Source of the DNA: Mobula hypostoma
Taxonomy: Eukaryota
Length of the DNA stretch: 64,000 nt
Reading direction: 5' to 3'
Assembly: GCF_963921235.1 (NCBI RefSeq)
Contig: NC_086108.1
Location: forward strand, 32,738,001 to 32,802,000
Shown here: positions 25,584 to 37,024 of the stretch, in pieces
Position numbering within the stretch: the stretch's first letter is position 1
Layout: each line of letters opens with the position of its first letter
Notes under the pieces: generated by a model
Database searches by the model: none
Told to the model about the DNA's origin: nothing
Seen by the model: only the letters and a program-made list of their open reading frames with translations
Program-made: the position numbers and the translations under genes

Positions 25584-25677
25584 GGGGAAGACTGACCCAG
25601 ATCCTGAATTGTCTTCAAGAACCAAGGATCATTGGAACATTGAGTCATGACCAATCCAATCAATACTCTGACATATA

Positions 25678-26449
25678 CAGTGTATTCTGATTAATTGAGC
25701 CTTTGGTTAATCAAGGCAGCCGCTTATTTGAGACAACTCTTAAAGAACAAAACATAATTGGAAAATAGCCGGGATTCTCTTTGTTTATTTGGGACTTTAA
25801 GCTGCTTAATTGGAGCAGGAGACTGATGTCAAACTGTTTCTATTTCGCATCGGACCCGTGCACTTGTCTGGCCACTAGAAACTACACCATGCTTAGGGTG
25901 AACAGTTTTTAAATAGCATCAATTGTGTGTGCTTGTGTCCAAAAAGCAGTGATTTTTGTCACTGATATAAGCAGTAAGACAATTCAGAAGCATTTTGCTC
26001 TCTGCAGTTTCAAGCATTCAGGCTTGGAGATGCTAGAAATGGCTGTGACTGAAACTGAAATGATTCCACGACTTCAACTACAAACAATTTGATATTGACA
26101 ATCATTTTGAACATTACAATAAAAATGAAGATTTGGAGGATGCAATTGTCACTAGCATTGTATGAAACAGACCATTATCTACACTAGGCGTCTGTGTTGA
26201 TTTTGTTCATTTACAATTAATCAAAAGAACACGGCAGGGTACATTTGATGAACTATTAGGAACTTATACAGTTTTATAGTACTGTAGTAGTGGTGATAGT
26301 GTTCCAGTTTGTTCTGTATTTCAATTAAATTATAATTTGTTACTCAAATGGTAGTTTGTCTTACATGCTTTAACTCTTTCCATGAAACTTCAGCTAATAG
26401 GGTCAAGATGTACTGGTCCTGATATGTCCCAGTTAACCAGAATCTACCG
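25678..26449. mobile_element. Tigger/pogo-like non-autonomous DNA transposon
   Basis: TA flanks; imperfect TIRs CAGTGTATTCTGATTAATTGAGCC / GTCCCAGTTAACCAGAATCTACCG. Confidence 0.7.
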
Positions 26450-26822
26450 TACTTCTTTTCCATGCCAGGGGCACGCAAGGCTATTCTTTTCTCTTCCCTG
26501 TCTAATTTACTGCTGTGCATTCAAGCACCATCTTTCATTTTGATTCCAATCAGCTGATTAAACAGAACTGCAATGCATTTTCTTTATCGGTCAAACACTG
26601 ATATAATCTCATGTACCTAGTTACCGATTGAAATGTTTTTATTTAATTTTTTCTTATTCACCAGATCAATGCTGCATTTGACTTTGCACTCATTGCCAAA
26701 ATGTTTATTCTCCAGTGCTGTATGAGTGCTTTGTAAAATGGTTTATTTCATCAATCATCTGTTAATTCTGAAATATTAATATTCTCAAGTCAATGGAGAG
26801 TGGATGTTATCTCTTTTTTCAG

Positions 26823-27134
26823 TTTATACAGCCAACATCCAACAGCTAATGACAAGTTGCCAAATCGCATTTTATCCAGATGTGTTCTTGTTAAACCTAA
26901 TGTGAAGCAGTTAACTGAATCAACAGCCATCTTTGACACTGGAAGACATTGATGCTGTTATTTTTGCAATAGAACACAGTTTTGCTTTCCCATTTCTGAA
27001 TTTTATCTCTCATCAAAGTTAACAGAAACCATGTCTTTTTTAAGAATGCCTTTCCACCTCATCTGGAGAAGCCAACTCTGGCCATCACTGGTCTTGTCCA
27101 TTCATTAGGAGCCACTATGTCTATATCTGAAATG
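26823..27134 (+). pseudogene. FMO5-like pseudogene exon 7 (two frameshifts, 3' part lost)
   Basis: After ctcttttttcag: LYSQHPTANDKLPNRILSRCVLVKPNVKQLTESTAIFD /fs/ EDIDAVIFAIEHSFAFPFL /fs/ LIKVNRNHVFFKNAFPPHLEKPTLAITGLVHSLGATMSISEM; FATGY motif degraded to FAIEH; abuts a Penelope fragment. Confidence 0.88.
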
Positions 27135-27730
27135 TGCAGCAACAAGGAGGATTTCCCTGTGGACAACCATGTATATTCCATTCCCCATTCACATCCCACC
27201 ATGTTGGTCCATGGCCTCCACTACTGCCATAACGAGGCCACTCTCAGGTTAAAATAGCACACCTCATATTCCGTTTGGGTAACCTCCAACCTGATAGCAT
27301 GAAATTGATTTCTCCAGCTTCCAGTAATATCTATCCCCCCTCACTTCTCTCCCCTTTCCATTCCCCATTGTGGCTCTCCTCTTACTCCATCTTTTCTCCT
27401 CACCTGGCTATCACCTCCCTCTGGTACCCCTCCTCCTCTTTCTCACATGGTCTATTCTCCTGTCCTATCAGATTATTTCTTCTTCACCCCTTTGCTTTCT
27501 ACCTATCACCACCCAGCTTCTCACTTCATCCCCCTCACCTGGCCTCACCCATCACCCACCACCTTCTTCTCACTTCTACCTCTTCCTTTCTAGTCCTGAT
27601 GAAGGCTGTTGTTCTGAAATGCTGACTCTTTATTTCTTTCCGTAGATGCTGCCAGACCTGCTGAAATCCTTCAGCATTTTTTACATTGTTATTCTGGATT
27701 TCCAGCATCTGCAGAATCACTTGTGTTTAT
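27135..27730 (+). mobile_element. Penelope 3' fragment truncating FMO exon 7
   Basis: GIY-YIG C-terminal remnant (HLIFRLGNLQPDSM), pyrimidine-rich UTR, pLTR with degenerate CTGATGA...GAAA. Confidence 0.85.
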
Positions 27731-28908
27731 GATCAATATTTCACATAACTTTTGCAAGTATTGTGTAATCTGCAAATTTAAAAATGTTTGCTTGCACCTC
27801 CAAGTCAGGTAATTAATATAGATGGAGGCAAGGGGAAAAAATCAATGGTCCGGTATCATGTGAATGCCTGTATTCACCTTCCTTGGGTCTGATCAACAAA
27901 CATTTACTATGGTCCTCTGTTTACTGTTAGTTAGCCAAATTTCTTCTGCCCATTCAAGTGGTATTTTTTGGTTGTTGACTCTGAACTCAAAACCACATCT
28001 CCTATTTCACATTTTACTTACCAACTAACTTATTTGATCTTTCAATATTATCATTATGCTTTCCTTCACCTCACCCCCCCAGCTCACTAAAGTCCCTACC
28101 AAAACCAGAGCTAATGACATAATCGTCATGATGTCATAATATAAGACAATGGGGTTATGTTAATTGGCCTGTATCAAACCAGACAACGTTATCTAAGTTA
28201 TTTAGTTCAAGGGAGCTTGCAGACCAGACTGATATTATCACTTAGCACATGAAATAACTGATCTATCAATAGTTGGGAGATTTGTGAACTCGGAGCCAGT
28301 CCTCACAGCATTAATTGTAGGTGTTTGGGATCTCTGTCACCAGGAGCTTTGGTGTGAAGTCACCACGTGGCTTCAGTCAGGCTTGATAGGCTTGTCAGGC
28401 TTGATAGGAATGTTTACAGTACAACAAGAAGAATGAAAGAAAGATGAGGTGACCAGAATCCACTTCTTTGCCTTCCATTTCTGATTCAGACGACTGTTTC
28501 TTCTGCAACTTGGTATGTCTTTTTAGTTTAAAGGAATTGTAGCTGTGTTTTGGAAATCCTCTATGTAATTTGATATCTTTTATAAGATATAAATCCTCTG
28601 AGTTTTAAATGCTTTAAGAATTTTACCTAAATTTAAACACATCATTAAAAATAAATGAACTGTGTTTAAACTACTTAAACAGCTGGAAGTGCATTCTCCT
28701 TGGTGGGAGGAAGGGGAATCCCAATGCTGAAAGAGTGGGTTTTGGCAGCAAACCGTGCCATGGATCATAAAGAGGGAAATTATCAAGCCTTTGAAATGTA
28801 GGTGGCTACAGTATAACATCCCTTTAGTGAGCATACCTGCTGCTAGCTATATTGTATAAGGCTTCAGATCATCGTTTGAGTTCAGAATTTCATGGGCAGC
28901 AAACCCAA

Positions 28909-29190
28909 TATCATCATCATCAGGTGCCATGCCCAGTTTGAGCTTTGACTGCCATAGCCCACACACTCCTGTTTCGGGTCAAGTGGATCAATTCATTGGT
29001 ATTCATTTCCAGTTCTCTGGCTGCTGTCTCCATCATCATTTGTCTTTGTCTTCCTCTTGCTTTCTTCCCTTCAATCTTTCCCATAATTACCATGTGTTCT
29101 AACTCCTCTTTCCTAATCACATGTCCAATGAAGTTACGTTGCCTTTTCATGATCTCATACATTATCTCTCTTTTTGTGTTTGCTCAGTAT
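28909..29190 (-). mobile_element. RTE-clade LINE 3' end
   Basis: KRQRNFIGHVIRKEELEH..IMGKIEGKKARGRQR, then a (TGA)n tail. Confidence 0.82.
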
Positions 29191-29209
29191 CACCACACCT
29201 AAACTACCT

Positions 29210-29720
29210 TATTATAATTCTCGCACTTTATTTTTCTAACTGCACTATCCCGGTAAATGCAACACTATATTCTGCTTTCCTTTGACTACGTCATGCAGTG
29301 ATGTATAGCATGATCTGCCTGCGTGGCACACACAACGCCATCTCTGTAACTCAGAACATGGGACAGCAAAAATAAAATTGAATCAACATTTGATTCACTG
29401 CTTTCGGGTGCTTGTGCCTGACATTAGTTTCTCCTGTTGCCCTTTCTCCAGCAAAGCATTAATCTCAGGCTAGTTTCTGCAGGTGAAATGCTTTAGCCCC
29501 ACATCACTGGCAGAGAGTGCAAGTCTTATTTTAGCACTGAGCAAATAACCGGCAATGACCAGAGTTTGTTCTAGTCCCAAAGGTGGCCACATTCTTGCCT
29601 GGTTCAGGCTCACCTGGTGGTTTTCTGATTGAAGGCCTGGGCCTGGAAAGATAGATATATACAGCATAGAAACATACCACTCGGCCCAACTTGTCCATGC
29701 TAACCAAGGTGCCTTCCTTC
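29210..29720. repeat. Diverged direct duplication of 14620-15100
   Basis: Shared collinear blocks: ttaatctcagg, agagtgcaagtct, ccagagtttgttc..gtccca.aggtgg, aaccaaggtgccttc. Confidence 0.8.
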
Positions 29721-30041
29721 AGATCAGTGACCTTTCATAAGAACTAATGAAGTTTCTGATGAAAGGTTGCTAACAGTAATCCAGTTTCTCTCCAGAGTTG
29801 CTGCTTAAAATGTTGACGATTTTCTGTACTTTTCTGTTTTCTGGCTATAAACATCTGCAATATATTAGACCGTATGACCATAAGACATAGGAGCAGAATT
29901 AGGCCATTTGGCCCATCAAGTCTGCTCTGCCATTCAATCCTGGCTGATATTTTTTCCCTCCTCAGTCCCACTCCCCAGCCTTCTCCCCATAACCTTTGAT
30001 GTCATGTCCAATCAAGAACCTATCAAGCTCTGCCCTAAATA

Positions 30042-30602
30042 CGAGGGGTGATTGATAAGTTTGTGGCCTAAGGTAAAAGGAGTCAATTTTAGAAAACCTA
30101 GCACATTTATTTTTCCTACATTTACACACTTAGTCCAGCGGTCGTGGAGCATATGGATCCCTTCTTTGCAGAAGTCGGCGTCTTGGACCTCCAGAAAGTG
30201 GTCCACAGCAGGGGTGATTGATAAGTTCGAGGCCTAAGGTAGAAGGAGATGAGTTATGTAACGAGAGCTGTATAACTCATCTCCTTCTACCTAAGGCTAC
30301 GAACTTATCAATCACCCTTGCTGTGGACCACCTGAAGGTCCAAGACACTCTCGTTATATGCACGTGCCGTTCAACTCTTTGAGTGATAATGCAGAAAGTT
30401 TGAAGTTAATAACACATCTTCTTCTACCTTAGGCCACGAATTTATCAATCATCCTTGCTGTGGACCACTTCTACAAAGAAGGGATCCGTATGCTCCACAA
30501 GTGTGTACATGTAGGAGCGGACTACGTTGAAAAATAAATGTGCCAGGTTTTCTAAAATGGACTCCTTCTACCTTAGGCCACGAACATACAAATCACCCCT
30601 CG
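30042..30602. mobile_element. Palindromic mariner-derived MITE
   Basis: TA flanks; TIR CGAGGGGTGATTGATAAGTT; mariner C-terminal remnant DHFLEVQDADFCKEGIHMLHDRWTKCVNVG. Confidence 0.85.
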
Positions 30603-32899
30603 TACACGCAATGACCTGGCCTCCACAGCTGCCTGTGGTAATCAATTCCACAAATTCACCACCCTTTAGCTAAAGAAATTTCTCCACATCTGTTTTAAAT
30701 GGATGCCCCTCTCTCCAGAGGCTGTGCCCACTTGTCCAAGACTCCCCCACCATGGGAAATATCCTTTTTACATCTACACTTCAACATTTCAACATTTGAA
30801 AAGTTTCAATGAGATCTCCCTCATCCTTCTAAATTCCAGCAACTACAGACCCAGAGCTATCAAGCGTCCCTCGTACGATAACCCTTTCATCCCGGAATCT
30901 TCTTTGTGAACGTCCTCTGAACCCTCTCCAATGACAGTATATCTTTTCTTACTGAGGAGACCAAAACTGTTCACAATACTCACGGTGAGGCCTCACCAGA
31001 GCCTTATAAAGCCTCAGCATCAGATCCCTGCTCTTGTATTTTAGACCTCTTGAAATGAAAGCTAACATGCAGTTGTCTTCCTCACCACCGACTCTACCTG
31101 CAATTTAACCTCCCAAGTCCCTCTGCATCTCAGATTTTCGGATTTTCTCCACATTTAGAAAATAGTTCCCACGTTTATTTTTACTACTAAACTGCAAGAT
31201 CATGCATTTTCCAACATTGTATTTCATTTGCCACTTTCTTGCCCATTCTCCTAATCAGTCTGTCCTTCTGCATCCTACCTGTTTCCTCAACACTACCTGC
31301 CCCTCCACCAATTTTTGTATCATCTGCAGATGTGGCAACAAAGCCATCTATTCCATCATCTAAATCATTGATGTACAGCATAAAAAGAAGCGTTCCCAAC
31401 ACCTACCTCTGCGGAACACCACTAGTCACTGGCAGCCAACCAGTAAAGGATTCTTTTATTTCCACTCATTGCCTCCTAATCAGTCAATGCTCTAACCATG
31501 CCAGTAACTTTCCTGTCATGCCATGGTCTCTTAACTTGGTTAGCAGCCTCATGTGTGGCACCTTGTCAAAGGCAGTCCAAATATACAACATCCACTGCAT
31601 CCCCTTTATCTATCCTACCTACAATCTCCTCAAAGAATTCCAAAAGATTCATCAGGCAAGATATTTCCTTAGGAAACCAGGCTGACTTTGTCCTATCTTG
31701 TCCTGTGTCACCAAGTACTCCATAACCTCATCCTTTACAACTGACACCAACATCTTCCCAACCACCGAGGTCAGGCCAACTGGTCTATAATTTCCTTTCT
31801 GCTGTCTTCCTCCTTTCTTAGAGTGGAGTGACATTTGCAATTTTCCAGTCCTCTGGCGCCATGCCAGAGTCCAATGATTTTTTTGTAAGGTCAATTCTAA
31901 TGCCTCCATAATCTCTACTGCTACCCCTTTCAGAACCCCAGGATATAGATCATCTGGTCTGGGTGACTTATGTACCCTTGGGTCTTTCAGCTTTTTGAGC
32001 AACTTCTCCCTTGTAATAGTAACCGTACTCACTTCTCTTCCCTCATACCATTCAACATCTGACACACAGTTAGTGTCTTCCACAGTGAAGACTGATGCAA
32101 AATACTCATTTAGTTTATCTTCCACCTCCTTGGCCCCTGTTATGATTTCTCTGGCTTCATTTTCTAGTGGTCTTATATCCACTCTCATCTCTCTTATTTG
32201 TTTTTTTTACATACTTGGAAAAAGCTTCACTATCCACTTTGATACTATTTGTTAGCTTGATTTCATATTTCAACTTTTAGTTGCTCTCTGTAGGGTTTTA
32301 AAAACTTCCCAATTCTCTATCTTCCCACTAATTTCTGCTTTGTTGTATGCCCTCTCTTTTGCTTTTACATTAGCTACGACTTCCCTTGTCAGCCACAGTT
32401 GTACTACTTTGTCATTTCAGTATTTTTTTGTTTTTGGAATACATCTTTCCTGCACCTTCCTCACTTTTCACAGAAACTCACAACATTGCTGCTTTGCTGA
32501 CTTCCCTGCCAGCATCTCCTTCCAATTTACTTTGCCAGCTTCTCTCTCATACCACTGTAATTTCTTTTACTCCACTGAAATACTGCTACGTCAGACTCTA
32601 CATTCTCCCTATCAAATTTCAAGTTGAACTCAATCATATTATGATCACTGTCTCCTAATGGTTCTTTTACCTTAAGCTCTCTAATCACCTCTGGTTCATT
32701 ACATAACACAGTATAAATGATTCCTTAATGGCCTCAACGACAAACCGCTCTAAAAAGCCATCTCATAGGCATCCAACAAGTTCAGTCTCTTGAGATCCAT
32801 TTTCAATCTGATTTTCCCAATTGACCTGCATGTTATAATCTCCCATGACTGTCATAACATGCCCTTTTGACATGCCTTTTCTATTTCTTGTTGTAATCC

Positions 32900-33530
32900 T
32901 TTTTCAAGGAAGGAGGAGAAGATGGCAGCGCGACGCAGCGCGCACGGCCGTTCCGAATGATATCCATATGTGTAACTAGGGGGGCCGTGCACAATCCAGA
33001 TTTGATGGAGACAGCCGTGAGAAGCACGGAGGAACACCTGGAGTAACTTCTGAAATGCCTGCTTTGCTGCCACTGCTACTGTGCGATCGAGAATCTCCGG
33101 AGACGAAGGCCCCAAATCCTCAGCTTTGCCTATTGCTTGTTGCCGGGGCCGGAGTCAAAGTGCTCGGCAGAGACGGTGCTCGGTGTCAGGAGGTGGTTGG
33201 AGGCTCGGAGTTGGACTGTGGTCAGATGCTTCCAGGATGCTGCATCGGCAAGTTGGTGGTGCTGGAGGTTTACCGTCTGCGTGAGATGATGGGACTTTCG
33301 AGAGACTTTGAGACTTTTACCGTGCCCATGGTCTGTTCTTATCAAATTACGGTATTGCTTTGCACTGTTGAACCTATATGTTATAATTATGTGGTTTTTG
33401 TTAGTTTTTACATCGGTTTGTCATGTGTTTTCGTGATATCATTCTGGAAAAACATTGTATCATTTTTTTATGCATGCATTACTAAATGACAATAAAAGAG
33501 GACTGCATGTCCTCATAATCTAATCTAATC
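32900..33530 (+). mobile_element. Non-autonomous retroelement inserted in CR1
   Basis: Starts GAAGATGGCAGCG, CpG-rich; ends AATAAA...(TAATC)n; host CR1 sequence resumes on both sides. Confidence 0.75.
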
Positions 33531-34654
33531 TATTGTCCACATCCCAGCTACTGTTAGGAGGCCTGAAAATAACTGCTGTCAGGGACCTTTTACCCTTGTA
33601 GTTCCTAAACTCAACCCACAAGGATTCAACATCTTCTGTTCCTATGTCACATCTTTCTACTGATTTGATGTCATTCTTTATAAGCAGAGCCACACTACCC
33701 CCTTTGCCAACCTTCCTATCCCTCCGATGCAACGTGTAACCTTGGACATTCTGCTCCCATCTACAACCATCCTTCAGCCACGATTCAGTGATGGCCACAA
33801 CATCATACCTGACAATCTGTAAAGGTGTAACAAGATCATCCACCATATTTCTAATACTCCGTGCATTGAGATATAACACTTTGAGAACTGTATTTGCTGC
33901 ATTTGCTGCTTTTTTAAATTCTGCATCCCTAATGCACTGATACACACCCTGCTGGCTGCAATTATGTCTTATCATCTGCCTGCCCTTCCTGACAGTCTGA
34001 CTGAATGCTTTATTATCATTTGTTCTATCCTGAGTCCCTTCACTCTGGTTCCCACCTCCTGCCAAGTTAGTTTAAACCCTCCCCAACAGCTCTAACAAAC
34101 CTGCCCGCGAGAATATTGATTCCCCTCAGGTTCAGGTGCAACCCATCACTTTTGAACAGGTCATACCTCCACCAGAAGAGATCCCAATGATCTAAGAACC
34201 TGAAGCCCTGCTCCCTGCACCAGCTTCTCAGCCACGCAGTAATTTGCCAAATCATCCTGTTTCTACCCTCACTGGCGCATGGCCGAGGCAGCAGTCCAGA
34301 AACTACTACCTGGGAGGTCCTGCTTCTCAGCTTTCTACCTAGCTCTCTAAATTCTCTTTTCAGGACCCCTTCTGCACCACAGACCCACGCTCAGTGCCAG
34401 TAATCTGTGGCCCTGTGGCATTTCCCTGGGAGGTCATCCCCACAACAATATACTTATTATTGAGGGGAATGGCCACAGGGGTGCTCAGTGCTGACTGCCA
34501 ATTCACATTTCCATTTCTCCTGACAGTCACCCAGCTACTCACCTCCTGCAACTTCCGGGTGACTACTTCCCTATAACTCTGATCGATTATTTCCTCACTC
34601 TCCTGTACACGCCCATGGTCATCCAGCTGCTGCTCCATATCCCTAATGTTCGAG

Positions 34655-34830
34655 GTCTATTGCAAATAGCACCAGTGACCCAGGTTCACTTCCTGCCCCT
34701 TTGACCATGTGGGTTTCCTCTGAGTACTCTGGTTTCCACTGGTTAATTGGTCACATAGGTGTAATTGTGTGGTGCAGGGTCGTTGGGCTGGAAGGGCCAG
34801 TTACCGTGCTGAATCTCTAAATAAATAAAT
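34655..34830 (+). mobile_element. V-SINE-like fragment just upstream of FMO exon 9
   Basis: ccaggttcacttcc, gtgggtttcctc, gggctggaagggcc, (TAAA)n tail. Confidence 0.6.
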
Positions 34831-34859
34831 TCCCTTCTGTCTCTCTTTCCATGCAAAAG

Positions 34860-35208
34860 ATACGTCGCCTCCCAAAGACACACCAATCAAGTCGCTTTCA
34901 TACCCTACGTGGATGAGATAGCTGAGCTGATCGGTGTGAAACCCAACATCAAACACCTCCTCCTCAGTGATCCACAGTTGGCATTTCACGTTTTCTTTGG
35001 CCCCTGCTCACCTTACCAATTTCGATTGATGGGACCTGGAAAATGGCCAAAAGCCCGGGAAACCATCTTGACACAGTGGCACCGCACTATCAAGCCCACT
35101 AAAACGCGCGTGGTTCCTAGTGGTCAGCAGAATGGCTCTTGGCCAATCCTGCTGAAATTCTTGCCCATACTGGTGGCCCTCTGTGGTGTTTATCTATTTC
35201 TCTATTAG
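34860..35208 (+). pseudogene. FMO5-like last coding exon (exon 9), frame still open
   Basis: [85 protein letters not shown]...hydrophobic C-terminal anchor, TAG; pyrimidine tract and AG at 34858-34859; AATAAA at 35429 and 36023. Confidence 0.88.
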
Positions 35209-36379
35209 TCAGAAGTCCAACGAGGAGTTCAGTTCAGCTTCTGTGTCGCCCAAATAACAATGGAGATTGTTTCACATCCAATTGTTTCAAACGAATTGTA
35301 ACTAATTATGTTATTGATTACACTTTGAAAGAACTCAAGTGCCTTGAATGAATCAAACCTAGCATATTATTCATATTTTAACTGTTCAGACAACTCTAAT
35401 TTTGTATTCTAATATCTAACATTCATTGAATAAATCCCTTTAGACATAGCCAGTTGTCTGAGTTGTTACGAGTGACTGAGGGATCTGCGCTCCATTTGGA
35501 GTTTGCAATTTGGAAATGAATGAGGTGACCAAGCATGAGCTGATCTGAATCTGCCAGAAGCAACTGCACACTTTTCCACAAAAGTTGTACTTTATCCCAG
35601 AAGTGGAAGTTTGGCTGGCGTTGGTCATAAGTGACACTGTCAAATTTCAAATCCCAGACCAAGGCTGGAGCATGGTCCATGGGTTCATTTTGCATCCTGA
35701 TCAACATTTCTCCATCAACAAATGCCCAATAAGGCAGTTTCATTCCAGACCTTCCTCATGTAATTGGGGATTTTGCTGTGATCTTACTGACATATACAGA
35801 TCTCACTGAAAAGTACAGAACTTAATTGTGTATTTTACTGAAAAATGGTAAAATAGTGTACTGTATTTATTTCTGTGAATTAAGGTAATTCTTAAAGATG
35901 CTTACCTAATAATATTCAGATTTACAATTATTTAACAACTCTAACTTTTTTAAAAGATTAGACCAAAGTGATAGTTGAAGCATATGCAGGCTACAATTGA
36001 CCTATAATTGTAGTAATTAGCGAATAAACACTGTTGGCTTTCTATTCTCATACCTGATTAAGGGGGAAACTACTTACAAACTTGTTCACTCAGGTACTTT
36101 ATCCCGGTAGCGGAAGTGATCAGAAACTCTCAGTTTGGTTGAGTTCGCCGCACTGAAGAATTCATTCAGGGGGTGATTGTTTATGCCGGCGGAAGATTCA
36201 GATCACTTACGTGCTCAGGATTATATCGATTATTTTTTTTCGCGAAGTAGATCAAACTAGACCTTTTGTAGTGCCGACAGGTATTTCGCGACATTAACGA
36301 TGCTATCTAAACGCAAAGAGGAGCCTTACAAAACTGCCCCCCCCATTTTCCCTGTGTAGTGGGAGGGTCATGCCCGTGT

Positions 36380-37010
36380 TGTCGGCGATCGCATTCGAGC
36401 AGCACGTTTAAAACAACGTTTGCGTTTAACCACAAACAAGAGAAAACCTGCATATGCTGGAAATCCGAGCAACACACTCAAAATGCTGGAGGAATGCCGG
36501 CGAGCCGAAACTTTTTTCCATAGATGCTTCCTGGCCTGCTGAGTTCCTCCAGCATTTTGTGTGTTGTTTGCGTTTAACGTTATCATTCTGTGTGGCCTAC
36601 TCACCCGTTGAGTCAGAGTTCACAACCTCGGCTGCCAGCGCAACTCACTGCAAGGGCGTCTCGTTGACAGTAGTGCCGAGTGTAAAGTTGCAGTCTAGGC
36701 CTACAGCGAGTCGGATAAGCTTCGAGCGCCGTGTGTGTGTGTGTTTACTTGTTCATCTTTCCGCTGTCGTGGTTCATGTGGGTGTATATTCACTGGTGTT
36801 TATGTGAGGCAGAATCAGTGGGTGGAGTTCATAGGGACGTGGAGAGAATAAAATGGGGTTGTGCCGATGCTGTCGCCTGATTCAACTACCGACTTCCCTT
36901 TTTCTTGTTGAATTAAATATCTGCTTTTGAAATAAAAGGAAAATACTGACCTTTCCAAACGCTACCTAGCCCGCTTTCCAATCTACTCGTCATTTGTACA
37001 GAGCTACTGC
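36380..37010 (-). promoter_or_regulatory. Paralogous copy of the FMO exon-1/promoter block
   Basis: Collinear with 15560-16030 (tcgcattcgag, cattctg, ctactcacc, ttcacaacct, ccgctttccaatctactcgtcatt); donor AACGG|GTGAGTAG kept at 36605/36604; TATA-like box decayed; CpG-rich 36100-36780. Confidence 0.65.
36431..36565. mobile_element. Fold-back Penelope pLTR-derived mini-element
   Basis: Inverted arms; perfect 13-bp TSD gtttgcgtttaac at 36418-36430 and 36566-36578. Confidence 0.82.
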
Positions 37011-37024
37011 CTACACACAAACGT

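Larger units (their letters stand above)
29863..34645 (-). mobile_element. CR1 LINE, long degenerate copy with two nested insertions
   Basis: ORF1 esterase-like remnant (34067-34255), APE (33520-34065), RT fragments (NYRPVGLTSVVGK, SADDTKIGG) and 3' tail. Confidence 0.9.

Noticed and set aside
28320..28450. Possible FMO exon 8 ending gatgag|gtgacc
   Set aside because: No convincing LP-containing exon-8 peptide, and the length does not fit.
33055..33489. 144-aa ORF
   Set aside because: Lies inside a non-autonomous repeat and has no recognisable domain.
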